DNA of 63,965 nucleotides, the filler included, from Basidioascus undulatus (Eukaryota): assembly GCA_000826855.1 (NCBI GenBank). It is 3 parts of 3 records of this genome, joined end to end, with 100 filler letters (N's around TTAATTAATTAA, not from the genome) between each part and the next. Parts side by side here need not be neighbours in the genome. Positions count along the whole stretch, not along the records: positions 1 to 21,291 come from JTLS01000336.1; 2 more parts are not named here. One strand, given 5' to 3'. Shown here one piece after another: positions 1-15,335 of this stretch. The notes under the pieces were generated by a model that saw only the letters and a list, made by a program, of their open reading frames with translations, ran no database searches and had not been told where the DNA came from. How positions within the stretch are numbered: position 1 is the first letter of the stretch; each line of letters starts with the position of its first letter. The translations under genes were made by a program, and so were the position numbers.

Positions 1-727
1 TACCATAAATCCATCAGAAGGCATTTACTGGCATGTGGGAGTGCTCCTGGGCGAGGAAGGGTGCTTTCGGGGCACGCGACGAGCACGCGTTTCTCCGAGG
101 AGGTGGGGCTTCAAGCCGAGTCGCGCACTGTCTTCAGAATGGGCAAGCAAAGAGCAAGCTGGAAATGTAGGCATGATGCTGGTGTTTTGGTAGAAACGAA
201 AAAAGAGATTTTATACACAATTTGACTCTCGAAGCAGAGGCCTATACAGCCGATAGTCGGTAGACGGCGGGAACCAATGAGATACCATTATCGAGTCTAC
301 GGTTACGCAGGACTGCAGTGTGAAATGGAGCTTGTCTCTTTAGATGTAGACAAAGGGAGATGGCTTCTTTGAGTTCCAAAGCCAACTGTACCATAGCCGT
401 TGCCGGCACTACCACAGGAACTTGACAGAAACGGATCATATCAACGCAGCTCATGGGTGGCTGTCTGAACGAGATTATACAATGTCCGTATGGGCAAAGA
501 CATGAAAGCAAATGTAATCAGTAGCAGGAATCTTCCTTCAAAACAGGCCAAATAGTTCTCCAGTTTCCGGACCGAAGATGCCTCGACAGACTCCCGCATG
601 CAGATCACTTCCGAAATTGACTGTGATCAATCGCAGTAACACCACTCCCCCAGTCCGCCAGTCAACAACCCTCGAGCCAGCACACTGACACGGTTGACTC
701 GTGCCCTGATGGTGGTCGCCCACCCGC

Positions 728-2718
<1,991 letters not shown>

Positions 2719-3456
2719 GGAGAGGTCCTCGTGCCGTCGAATGAGCTCTTATATGGCCATTTGGACTATATTGAACCAGGAGGGCCGTCCTCATATTCAA
2801 GGATGAGTAAACACAAATGAGCGCGGAGAGCGGAGCCTCATATGACGGAGTTCCCGCCCCAGACCTGCGACCCCATCAGTTCGGCTCTTCGAAATTTATC
2901 CAATTAAACTAGGTACGCATGCGATTTCCATTCCTCAGTGTATATAGCGATGCTTGCTTTTGCTCACACCAGGCCGGGGCGGTGAGCGCTCCGCTGCCGC
3001 TCGTTCCCGCTCCTGCAAAGTCCCGCAAGGGTCGAAACGTCAGCCGTGCTTCAGGTGGTTCCCAACAGGAGGTGAGGGACCTTGGAAGGGCAGGTCGGGG
3101 AGTAGCATGCCTCTCCGGGTACGCATTCACGGAGGTAGCAGGTCAAGTCGCCGGGACAACGCGGAGCGTAACAAGGAAGAAATGTCTTGGGGAGGTCGCC
3201 CGTTCCGTCGAGCGGTTTCGCGTAGAGAGAGGCGTCAACCGTTTCCGTTACTTCAACTTGCATGGACATCGTTTTATTTGCCCTTGGTTTCGCAGGTCTG
3301 GAAGGAGTAGCAAAGTGGCAAAGGCGAATACTGAGCGAGCGCGTGCGCTGTTCGGATGAGGCAACGCTTTCCTTCCCATTGACTTCAGCCTTAGCCTTTG
3401 CGGCCCACACCTCTAAATGGCAGGGTGGGCAGAAACCCGGGTATCAATTGCTTCAT

Positions 3457-5065
3457 TCAGATAACGGGCTCAGGTTCAGTGCACCTCTCCAGAAACGCGG
3501 CAACCCGGTCCGTGACCTTTCTGGCGTGTGTAGAGGAGAGGAAGTTCGGCGCGCCCTTGACGACCTCCGTCTCGAGAAAGTTGGCCGAGGTAAGAATGTT
3601 TCGATACACCTGATAGGAGGGTGAAGGTCAGTGGACAGTGTGAGGCACAAAAGGAAACGCCAGTCGTCTCACGTCGATGGTGCGTTCCGGCGGATGCGCA
3701 AAGTCACCACCTACAAAATGGACGTCAGAAGAGAGGCAGAGGATAATGAAACGGAAGCTGTGCGTACTCCCTTGCATGAGAAGGATCGGCATCGTCAACG
3801 CTGCAGCTTGGGCCTTGTTCAGCGGTACGCGGGCTGTGAATTGCGAGAACTGTTTCGACTCTGGCATGAGCCAACCGTAGCAGATAAAAGATGCCCCAAT
3901 CGGCATCTTACATGTTTGTCGAGAACTTCACGCCAGTCCCCTCCGCCACTATACTTCTGCTCCCACTTGGCGCTCATGTCGGCGACCAGCTGTGATTGTC
4001 ACTGTCAGTCGCCACAAAGTTTTGAGGTCCAAGAAGTTGAAAAAGCACCTTTTCGTCAATGAATGCGCCGTAGTTGTGATGCAGAAGACCTGCGATAACG
4101 TCGATCGGGAACTTCTTGGAGGACATGCTTTCGTCTATAGAGTACCATTCAGCAACGGCAGCATGTGAGACAGGATCAAAAAGGCGGACTGCGCATGTGC
4201 ATCATGGGCTCCATCTCCTCCGGAGTCTGGCAATACAAGAGTCAATTAAATCTCGCTGTGAGCTGCTCAGCTGTTATACTCACGTTTGACGGACAGTACA
4301 TTCCGACGAGAATGAGCGAGGCGACGAGCTCCGATCGCGCCGCTGCGAGCCACAAGGCGATGTTCGCGCCTTGAGCGGCCCCCCAGAGGTGAAACTTGCA
4401 AATAGAGACCGTGAAGCCAGATGAATGCTTTTCAGCTGAGTGAATCCTGCACTCACGCGCTTCAGGCCGATTTGATCCAGTGCTCTTGCGATGTCTTCCG
4501 CCGCTACCGCGTAGTCATAGTCTTCCTGAAGCACGGGGGTCCTCGTCCGACCGTGCTGCAAATCCAAGTGTTCACGTGAGTATATTATGAAATTCCACAG
4601 TATGATGGTCACAAGGTGACCTACGTAGCGATGGTCAAAAGCGACCTGGCGCACAAGCGTTAGCACTCGACAATATGCGGATAAACACTTACGCGAAGGT
4701 CGCACCAAGTTGTACTTCGTATTCAGCGCAGGATCAGCGAACTGCTTCATACTGAAAAGTGGATGTCAGTTCCTGCATCGGACGCTTTTGAAGAGCAGAA
4801 AGTCTCACAAGCTGGGGGAGTAATTATAAATGCGCAAGCCCATCAGCGTTATGAAACAGTGATCTGCCGCCCATTCATTCCTCACAAGCTGGTATCAGTC
4901 GCTGTGGGACTGCTCAGATGGCGTATCATTAGAGGTTCATCGCAACGCTATCGAGGTAAGACGACGGGCGCACTGCAAGAAGACGATCGTGGGCTTCGAT
5001 GGGTCCTCGGCGAACGGGTATCGTGTGTAAAATACGTGCACATCGCCGTCCAAGTGAGCGTACAT
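3457..5065 (-). CDS. alpha/beta-hydrolase-fold protein with non-canonical catalytic residues (paralog 1, intact spliced ORF)
   Basis: Spliced GT-AG exons give MYAHLDGDVHVFYTRYPFAEDPSKPTIVFLHP..KQFADPALNTKYNLVAFDHRYHGRT..FHLWGAAQGANIALWLAAARSELVASLILVG..MPILLMQGSGD..VVKGAPNFLSSTHARKVTDRVAAFL..*, which is the standard ABH-fold motif order. Confidence 0.8.
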
Positions 5066-6883
5066 GGTTGGCGTTTGGACGGTAAAGATGATGGTTGAAG
5101 AGGAAGATCAGCGAGGATGATGTCCAGGCATTTCAACACCTCAGGAAACAGAGTCCTAGGGGCCCGAGGCCCAGGGATTAGGGCGGGAGAGACAGGGTCC
5201 TGCATACGGGTCCGTCCATTCTCGCGGTAGCAAACCGTGCGTGAACGCTATTTCAATGAACACTTTCCGCCCAGTATTCTCCGAATGATTGGGCATTATG
5301 AGGCTGCAAACCAATGAATTCAACTCCGGTACGGCATGCGTACTTCGGCGGCCAGTGGCGCTCGAGCTCTCCATCTGCACACTGGGAGACCTGCTGCGAA
5401 GAGGTCGGATGGCCCGCCTCAGGCTGTAGGGTCTACCTTCAGTAAAAGTATCGTCTGTAAGATGTCATCCCTGGCAGATTACGTTGGTCCGCGCCGCGAT
5501 CGGTGCAAGTGAGAATGTTTGAGCGAATCCCGGTCGTTCGTGGTCCCTGCGAGGCCTGCGCCTGAAATAAAGCCTTAAGCTCGTAGATTCCTAGAGACCG
5601 ACATTCCATGAAGCTTACATTCTATTCTCATGGTCCAAGGAGCTCCTTCGCACGGCGCGCACTGGTAAATTTGCGTGTGCAGCAACGCGTTTTTGAAACG
5701 TTCCACGCCCTGCCCTTTTCACACCGACAAGCCTCACGAGTGCAGGATCCCTTACGAAAACTGAAGGGAGGTGCCTGATGATTATTTTAGGGTAACTTCG
5801 CAGGTATTTACACCCTTCACGTGGAATCCAGCGGGCCCGATGGGCTTGAGAGGCGCAGTTCTGCCTCTCATTCCATGTTACCCATTTGCTGTTCTCCTTT
5901 TGACTGGTGCTTTGATCAACAGACATTCAAGTGCTACTCCCTATCTATCGACCGCTCTCATCCACGTTTGATCCCGAATGCCACCTTCGAACCTCCGTTC
6001 CGACGAACGCGGCCACAACTTCAGCCCGCCGCGGCGGATGTGCGGCTCCTCACGTTTCGCTCCTCGCCTAACCGCATTTCATTCTCCGAGGCATACAGGA
6101 GAGGCTTCTTGCCTTTCGACCACCATACTCTGGCTACTTTCCGGTCGGCACAATGTTCAGCTCACTGCCTTTCTCGCTCGTTTTGCTGCTTTCCGATGCT
6201 CTCTGCACCGGTGTCCAGGGCAACACAGGTTCTGGCACGCTTGAGGAGCTTGGTGGGGCGCTCACGTAAAAACTTGATAGGAGAGGAGCTGACCAGGTTC
6301 GACGGTAGGCTCGCTCGACCTTCTTTCTCCTGGCGAAAAGGAGGCTGTCTTCGCTGGATCTCGTGGGCCTCCACCTTCGTGCACATGTTGGAAGAGTTTT
6401 CACCTATAAGAGTTCCTCAAGACGCTCTCGCCATGTATCGAACCCGCCCCGACTGCTTTCGCTCCGTCGCATCGACTATTTCCTCGCAGTGCAGCACGCT
6501 TGAGCTCGGGTCATCGGAGCGCGTCAAAGGCATCTCCTCATATCCTATGTCCTCCAGTCCGACTCCAAACTAAAAAAAAAACCATTTGATGTCCACTTGC
6601 AGCGGCTGTGCGCCTGACCCTATGCGAGATCGGGACTGCGCGCGGACTGGGGCCGCCGATGGAGTGTCGGGCGTTCGAGGGTGGCAAGGAGGGCAAAGAG
6701 GCGCAGCTGGGGGAATGCGTGGAGTGAACCATCTTTCCTGTTATCCCAGCTGTTTCCAAGCTGACACCTCCGAATCCTTAGGGCGCTATCGCACTCCTCC
6801 CAGTTCTGGTCGTCCTACAGCGGGTACCTTCGTGAAGTCGGTTCGTCCGCTCTCCCTGTTCCGATTCTCTCTCCGCTGAACTT

Positions 6884-7349
6884 GTGTTCTTCTGCCCAGT
6901 GCACATCTGTTACGCCCTCCGCCAGTCCGCGAGCATTACCACCGCGTACTCCCTTTACGCAAACGCAACGAGCGAGAAGATCGCGCTGCTGCTCGCGCTG
7001 CAGCGGACGGAGCGCGCGAGGCAGCAGAGGGAGGAGGAGATGGAACATGTCTTGAAACAGAGTGAGAAGGTGCGAGTGATTTTGGGCCAATGGGAGGGAT
7101 GAGAGGCTCACTCTGAAAAGGCGGAAGCAGAGAGTGGGCGCTATCTTTGACGGTCTGAAGGGCATTGCAGGGGAGGTGAAAGGCGTGCTCGAGGCTGCGC
7201 GAGCGGCGGAGCATAAGCAGGGTATGGATGGGATCATGGAGATGGGAAGAGCGATACAGGCGCTTGACGCTCAGCTTGAGGAGGTACGTCCGCCTACTCA
7301 TGGATCAGACGCCCAGCCCTTTCGCTTGCACCTGAAGCTGCTTGCATGA
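6884..7349 (+). CDS. hypothetical coiled-coil protein exons (boundaries uncertain, possibly decayed)
   Basis: Heptad-like E/R/Q/A-rich segments (SEKIALLLALQRTERARQQREEEMEHVLKQSEK; MEMGRAIQALDAQLEE), each ending at a GTGCG/GTACG donor. No family recognised. Confidence 0.3.
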
Positions 7350-8741
7350 TTAGATCCCTCACGCGCTCAAGTCCCACCTCCTCTCCGCTCTCGCACCCGT
7401 CCTGGCATCGCTGTCTTCCAAGCTTGACACAGCCGCTGCTACGCAAGCTGATGCCCTTGCACTTTCGACGGCCGAGGTGCGCCACAGCACCTATGACGTT
7501 CGTGCGAGATCCCAGCAGCTGACAACCGAGGCGGTACCCAGCACGACGCCGCCCTCCGCGATGTCGCTCGGGCTATGGAAACGAAAGTTGGGGATGTACT
7601 GGTGGCTCTACAAAGGGGCTGGGGGGATGACGTTGTGCGTTCACGTCATTTCCTTCGCGCGGAACAGCCAGCTGAGAAAGAAGACGGTCGTATAGGCTGC
7701 GCTGCATACAGAGGTTTCGGCGGTTCAGACTGCACTTCGTTCGATAACTTCCGTGCGTTTTGCTGCCTTTTGTTCTCGAAAGACTGCGCTGAGAAATGAG
7801 AAATATAGGACCTCGTCTCACTCGCCACCGTCAGCACCGGCCTATCCGACGCGCTAAACGCCCTATTCTCGAACATCCATGCCGCTCAAGTCCGTGCGCC
7901 CTCTTCCGTGCTTCCGCTTCGTCTTTAATCCTTTCATTCGAACACAGAACGAGCATCTGTCCAGGACACAGTCCGACATGTCGCAGCTCTCCCTCGCGCT
8001 GAGCGAGCTCGTCAGCCTCGTGCGGTCCGAGATGAACGCAACGTTCACGCTGCGCGAGGAGCTCGAGCACCGCCGCGGGTCAGCGAGAGGAAGGGACTGG
8101 GACGGCCTGTGGCTGCTTGGGTGGGTAGCGCAAGCGGTCTTCAAAAGTACGCTGCCCACCTTACACAATTTACCGCGGTCGCAGCCATGCAAGGTTCTGA
8201 AGTCCAGCCAATTGCACAGCCAGGCTCGAGACGGGCAGCTCCGTCGCAGTAGCGCTGAAGCTCGCTGGGTGGGTCGTGGACACAGCACTCGCTCTGGCGC
8301 GGATGGCGGTGTCTTCCCTGACGGTGCGTCCGGAGCCCATAGCATACAGCGTCCGCAGCGCCACTGAAACGAGCGAATACCGCAGGCAGCCTTGCTTTTC
8401 CTGCTCGCCGCGTCCTCACGCTCGCTTGTGCGCATGTTCACAAGAACGTAAGTTTCATAAACCTGAGTCGAAACGCACGCCTTTCACTTACAGGGCCAAC
8501 GTTGTTGCGCGATCAGGCCCCAGGTTCACCAACACCAGCCGAGCCGCAGACGCAGGCTTAGCCCTCGTATCGTCCTCACGAGCCTGCCTGACGAAGGGGG
8601 AAGCTGTGACGACCTCGGGAAGAGGGGCTGGAGAACTAGGAGAGCGCCTCCGGGATTCTGAGTGTCGACCGATAATGTATCTGTATTTCTGTATGAGAGC
8701 CGCACACGCAGCCTGATTATTTTCCAACTCGACGGCATCCT

Positions 8742-11700
8742 TCACATAGCCGAGGTTGCTATACCATACGCCGAGCCGTCCATACCCTGGACATCGACGG
8801 AGCGCGGTCAAGGTCTCGTCGAAGTGGCCGCGGCAAAGGCATCCTCTTACCCGACAGATCAATCCGAACGTTTCTGAAGCCTCCTTCACCTTCCGGAGCG
8901 AACGCGAGCTGCGGCGAAATAGTCAGCAGATGAGCAGCCTTCCCGGTTCGGATGGAGGCAAACGTACCCAACGACCGCCTTGATGAACTTGTCCTTCGCT
9001 TCGCGCGTTGCCCGCGGCACAGGGAAGCCGTCCTGAGTAGTTCACTCGGTTCAGCATCACGACTGCCTGCGAGAAAATAATGACGTACCGGTTGCAGCAC
9101 GCCTTCGAGCCACGCCTTGCCCTCGCCCTGCAGCTTGACGAGGACGTTGTAGAGCAGCTCGGCGAGGACGGGGACCTGGCTGCGTGGAGAATGGCCGGCG
9201 ATGCCGACGACGACCGCTTGCAGGATCTGCGGACCCCGCGCCTGAAGGAGGTTGTCAAGCGGCGGCAGGACTTCCGGTGCAAGAGCGCGGGTGTTGCAGA
9301 TGGTCACAGTCTGCGGGTGTAAATTGTCAGCCTGCTGCGGGGTCCGGACAAGCGAGTGAGATGTACGGACCAGGAAGTCGGCGGCCGCTTTGAGCGAGAA
9401 ACGCTCTTGGACGCTGAGCGCGGTAGTGGCGAAGAGGAAGAGGTTGTCCAGTAAAGTCTGCGGTAGCGCGACGAGAGCGAGCGGGAAGTGCCGGGCGACC
9501 ATCGAAGCGAAAGGGAAGAAGTTTTGGACGATGTCCGGATTCTGACCTCCCCATAAATTGAAAACATGAGCAATGATACGCGATGAGAAGTATCGGAAGG
9601 CGCACCTCCTCCATGGCAGGCAGCCCCGTCAGCACGCTGGCAGCGCCCGTCCACACCCGATCCACGGCCGACCCGACCATCTCCGCCACGGCAGTCTCCT
9701 GCGTGGCAGCGGCACCGGCCGGCCCGGACCTCGCTAGGACGCCAAGTCGGTTAATGAGAGATGCAGCGAGACTGAGCCAGATAGCTGTGGGCGAACGAGC
9801 GATGGCGGAGCAGACGGCGTCGAGCAAAGGCGGTACGGTGAGAGTGAGAAGGGTAGGCTCGAGTGGGGATACCGTGAGCGATCTGAGCAGGTCGCTGAGG
9901 GCCTGTTTGTAAAAAAGACGTCAGTATAAGCCAACCCATAACGTTGAACACTTCCACGGACCAAGGAGACTTCGACGTCGGCCGGCCAGACCTCCGCGAT
10001 CCTCGCGCTAGCCGCGACAATGGCTTCGCGGACTGAAGACAATTGCGGATCAGCCCGAGCGGCTTCCACAGCGGCGTCTGCACCGTCGGAGGGCTCGAGG
10101 TCGTCATCGTCGACAGCCGCCAAGCCCTTCGATACAGCGAAGAGGTCGGTGAGGGCTTGTATCGTCGCGAGCCGCGCGACTTCCGGATTCTGCAAAAAAA
10201 CACATGTGAGCTTTTGTGGAATGCCGGTTTGTTCGACGAGCGACGAACTTGACCGGGATGTCGAAGCGCGTTGATAAGCTGACTGACGACGGGCTCGACG
10301 ATCGTGAGCAGCGGACTGACGGCGTCGGCGACTGGCAGCGCCTGCACGACGCTGACGATGCTCTGGAGGACCTTGCCGCGCTCTTCCGGCGGCACGTTAC
10401 CGCCGAGATTCGCGTGAAGCTCGCCAAAGGCGGCTATGTGCTGCGTGAGGTGCGTCCGGCATTCGTTACAGAGCGCGCGCAGGGCGGATGCTGCGGCAGA
10501 GGCGAGGCGGGTGGAGAGCGCGGGGACGACGTAGGAGAGGGTTGGCATGAGGAGCGAGGGGTGGTTCCGTAGTTGAGGGGAGTAGGAGTCTGCGAGAAAT
10601 GGACGCAAAAATTTGTGAGCAGAGTAGCGAGGTAGATCTTCGAAGCGAAGCGATGTACCAATGAGGAGAAGGGACGTCAGGCGGACGCGGGTATCGCCCG
10701 TCGCCGGCAGCTTGCCGAGGATATCTGCGCCGAGCAAGCGGGGAATGTACACGCTCTCGTCCTCGGGTATAGCTTCCTGGATGCTTCGGAGACATTGCAG
10801 CGTCGCCTCGACATCCTACCGCGACACGCACTAGTCAGAAATGCTGGACGCCTTCCTGTACAGGTAGACTTTAACGCACCTCCCAAGAAGATCCGGAGCC
10901 GACCGTGGCGAGCTCTTGCTCAAGAGTCGAGATGAGAGAGCTGAGCATCTCTTCCCGGAGGAGGTAGTACGCGGCGATGAGCGTGTCCGCGACAACGGTC
11001 CGGTAGCTCTTGAACGCGCTCTTTGAGGCTGGAGGGAGTAATTGAGCTTTCATCAGCATCCTTCAGTGCCAGAGGGGCGGACAAAACCTACACGCGGTCC
11101 ACGAGCTGAGCACGGTTGCCTCGGGCCACTTGATCTTAGCCCTCAACCGCACGACCAGGTCGGCGAAGACCTCGCGCGCGATCGCCCAGCCGGGACTGTA
11201 CTTGTCGCCGATGATCTCGGGCGAGTCGCACAGCGCTTCTTGAAGAAGATACCACAGCTCGAGGGAGATCTAGCGTCGGTACGAAGTGTCGGCCAGAAGT
11301 TCAGGACTACACTCCACGGCGTGTTTTCCGGACGTACCTCGCTGACGTCCTCATCCTGACCAGGATAGCCGGGGAAGCCAGTGAGGCTGAGAGCCAGCCG
11401 AAGGAGGTGTTGTACGGCTGGAGAGGTGAGGTTGGTGGCAATGTAAGGAGCAGAGTGGTCCCCGATAGCCGTGATGAGCTTGACGAGCGCCTGCGTGTTG
11501 TCGTCGGTAAGCTCCGCTGCAGGCGAAGCATGTCAGCCTGCCGCGGGGAAGCTGGAGTACAGAAAAGCGGGCAGCGTCTTACCCTCAAGCGAGTTCTGAA
11601 TGACGCTCATCACGAGCGGCCCCTCGCAGATGCCAAGCATGGCGCGGCTAATCTCGGTTGCTTTCAAGCCGGAGGTTGCCCATCCGCGACCGAGGACGTC

Positions 11701-12818
11701 GGTAACGGCGCTTGACACGGCGGGAAACAGCGGTAAAGCCTCAAGATCGGTGAGGAGGGTAAGGAAGACGGGGAAGAGAGTGCCGATCGTCCTGATGGCA
11801 GGAGCAGCAGCGTAAGTCGAGTGATGTTGCGCCGAGCGAATGGTCTACCCACGAATCGGGAAGCCCGAAGGCTAGCCAAGATTCGAAGCACTTGAGCGCG
11901 GCTAACCGTTCGCGCTCGTTCGCGTCCGGGCGGGTAAGGGACGTATGAACCGAGCGAACGACGAGGTCGGTCGAGTCCGTCATGGACTGCTGCATCTGCG
12001 ACCTGCGTTGCTCTTCAGCTGCATCGCCGGTGAGTATGGCACGGAGAAAGACCCACTTTCGCGACCCCGTCAGATCCGCCCTAGACACCTCCTCCACGGC
12101 AATGGTGAGCAGCTCGAGGGTCATGTCCGGCGCCAATCCGCGTCCGACGAGGTGCATTGACAGGCTGAGGAGCCAGTCAGGCCATCGAACGCGGAGGGCG
12201 AAGGATGTGAGCTGGGATACGGCTGTTAGTACTGAAGATATATTTTCCAAGTATCAAAATATCCACTCACAGCAGTAAAGAGTTTGCGGAGAACAACATT
12301 CGCCGTTGCGGGGGGCCGCGAAGAGATTTCACCCGTCCAGGCGATGAGCGAGTCCCGCAGAGCGTCCTGCATGTTCTCCGGAAGAGAATCCCTATCGCAC
12401 ATCGTCGTGAGCACCTGCCCGAAATTGACCTAACGTCATGACACACCAATCCCTCGAGATCTTGACCTGAGCCGTATGGGCGCCGAAGAAGCTGCAGTTC
12501 ACGTCCTATTTACAACCGAGATTCCTCAGCACCGCGACGCCTGCCCAACCTATCCCTCTGCGTGACCATACGCACATCACTAGGCAGCAAGCCTCCAATC
12601 AAACCCCACGCCTCATCCCGCTTCTGCGCCTCAAACAATTGTGCCTGCAGCGCCTGCTGGTCGGCTACGCTGGTCGTGGGGGAGTACAGCGCTTGGATGA
12701 TCTGAGGGAGAGGCTCGTCAGCAAGCCTGTCACGAGAGGCTACGGGATTATTGAGAGGCACGTTTGTAACCGCCTGCGAATCCTGCGATGAACAGGATGG
12801 AAACTTTGCAGTAGCCAT
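8742..12818 (-). CDS. importin-13/transportin-SR-like karyopherin (HEAT/ARM repeats), multi-exon
   Basis: N-terminal importin-beta-like segment IIQALYSP..QAQLFEAQKRDEAWGLIGGLL..FFGAHTAQVKISRDW. Helical repeats LELLTIAVEEV, ALKCFESWL, VVADTLIAAYYLLRE. C-terminus GMDGSAYGIATSAM* (TGA 8742-8744). Confidence 0.85.
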
Positions 12819-13162
12819 TCCGGCTTCTGAGATGGTGGTGGGGTGAGCGAGGAAGCCAGAGCGACGCGTCGGCAATCGTCACGCGTCCGGATTCCGCAGG
12901 CTGCCGGTTCGACTCGCGCAATGTGATTGGGAAACAAGCTTGTATGAAGGAACGAGCGCCTCCAGTCGTCTTGTATCCCATTACGGAGAAAACGTTCATT
13001 TTCTGAAGTAATATTATTTACTAGAACAAGCGTCAAGATAATGAAAGTTTGCAGGGTCACATTGAGGACGTGTTTTGCGGGGTATCTGCATTTGATACAG
13101 CCAACATTAGCTAAGGAAACAAGGGGACACTCGAGGTTGTGGGGATCTATATGTAAGACTGG

Positions 13163-14785
13163 TCAAGATCTCTCCACTTTGGCGAGGAACTCGAGTGCGA
13201 TGGTCGTGCACAAATGTGCGTGTGTTTGGCTCGAACTCCGGCGCATCGGAAGACGAGTTGAATTTCGGGCTTGGTCTTCGTGAAAGTGTTTAGGTAGATC
13301 TGTTCGTTGGCAGTAATGAGAACTCCGTCCGAAAACAATTGACGAAAGAAACGCGAACATCGGTGGACAGCTGCCTGCGGGTGTATGGTGTCGGCGGTTG
13401 CGATCGTCCATCTCGTCAATACGGAAACTTCTTGGGACGCTTATGAGGAAAGGTTCTTGAGGAGACATGACGCACTGCCTTTGATCATGGACACAGGCAT
13501 CGTGATCCGCTCGCACTGTTCGCGGGTGAGGGGCTTTTTGTCGACCACTTGACCCCATCGCTTGTCGAGCTGTTTCCGTCGTCAGCGCTCTAGTTTGAGA
13601 ATCACTAAGACCTGCGTACTACCGCAGCTCTGCGAAAAAAGTAAATTCAGCCACTAAACTTTTTCATGAAACCCTGAATCAACACTTACCGCCATCGGCC
13701 TCCGGGGTTGAACAACGCTTCAAACCTGGCAGTCCCTTCATCTATAACCTTCGCATCGGCGTAGGCACCGTAGAAGATGTGGAGACTGTAGGTATGTACA
13801 CACACGACTCTCATCACCTAAAGGGTCTAAGCGCGCTGAAATTAGTAACTCACAGGTTCCCCAGCACCTCCAGAGGAAACGTCATCTGGCGCAAACTCTC
13901 GTCCCTCATCGCCGTCACTTTCTCCAGCTACTGATCCGTCTGACCGTGATATCCATTTTCATTAGGTAAATGCTAAATCTAATGCCTAATAATGCTACCC
14001 ATATGACCCATCGCGTAAACACCCGGGAGGATCAAGCTTTTAGCTAGGTCCGGCCGGCTCGAAGCGATCCACAGCGCAATGAAGCTGCCTTCCGATGCAG
14101 CCCAGATATGACACTACGGGTTCGAGGGTCAATTTAGCATGAATCACCAGATCCAGTTTTCAAACGCACCTTTTTGATTCCCAGCTTGTCCAACGCTTGT
14201 ATGATGTCGGACGAACTGTCCGCGTACGAATAAAGGCAATTAGTGACGGGTGCCCGCGTCCGACCATTCTAAAGGGGAAAATGATAAGCTTGGAACTTCA
14301 GATACAGCGATGTCCTCTTACGTATCGAGTATCGAAGGCTATCTTCCGCATAGTCCACTGTAAGTTCCTTTCCTGACTCGTGCCGCTGCGAGATCAAGGA
14401 AGATGGCGCACCAGATTGTAACGCTTGTTGAGCCGCTCATCGGCAAACTGCTTCTGGCTAAAAACGACCCGGAGGTTATATATATGTAGTACATGTTGAA
14501 GATGGGGAGATTTACAAGCTGTTTACCCCATCCGAACCCACCATTCCTCAGCAACATGCCTCCTCCTGTCTCCACACCACCTTGGAGGGCTCACAAGCTT
14601 GCATCCGTGACAACCGCGCTGGTGGAGAAACCCCTAGAAATTAGGTCTTGGTGCTAGGTTGCGATAAACATATGATGACCCACGGAAGGAACGATGGTCG
14701 GTTTCGTCTTGTCCTCTTGAAAGGGGCAGCGGGTGTACCAGACGCTGAGCAGATCTTATTCCGAACCGCTGAGGGGGAGATACAT
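13163..14785 (-). pseudogene. alpha/beta-hydrolase-fold paralog 2, disrupted
   Basis: Colinear with 3457-5065: MYLPLSGSE*DLLSVWYTRCPFQEDKTKPTIV, KQFADERLNKRYNL, IAFDTRY, HGRTRAPV, CHIWAASEGSFIALWIASSRPDL, ITMPVSMIKG, THAHLCTTIALEFL. In-frame TAA at 14756-14758 plus apparent frameshifts. Confidence 0.8.
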
Positions 14786-15335
14786 GCTGGGTGTGCTGTG
14801 GACGTGAGTGAGGAGATGGAAATGGGTCGTGATGATGTATAGAACGAAAGGAAGAGGCGGAGGCTCGGGTCGACGGCGACTTGAAGAAGGCCATAGTGAA
14901 CGAGGGAGTGCGTCAGGCGGCGACAGCTTGGACAGCACAGGGCCCCAACGGAGTGAGTGAGGCCCCGGCGGAGTGAGCGAAGAAGCGACAGATTGGCCAG
15001 ACGTGTGCTAAAGTTTGCATATAAGGGGACTTCTTTGACAAGTACTACCTACTGAAAATATATGTGTCCGCCTGGCTTCCGAAGGAATAAAGGCGAAGTT
15101 CCCGCCGGTCACGCTAGCATCTAGGGAAAGAAAAGAGTCCATATGGTGAGCGGCCTTCCTTTGCAACAGCCTTCCACACTCTCAAAGACGTGTACAACAA
15201 ATACAACAAAGTGTTCGGACGCCACAGCAGGAATTTGGCTTTACGGTGTCACTGCAGTGGCGTCGATTGGGCTTCGATAGCTAACTCGGGCACAGTCATT
15301 CAAAGCTCCCGACGGTGAGTTCCCTTTGAACCCTC

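Noticed and set aside
5821..6573. 250 aa ORF
   Set aside because: No domain signal or consistent splice structure found.
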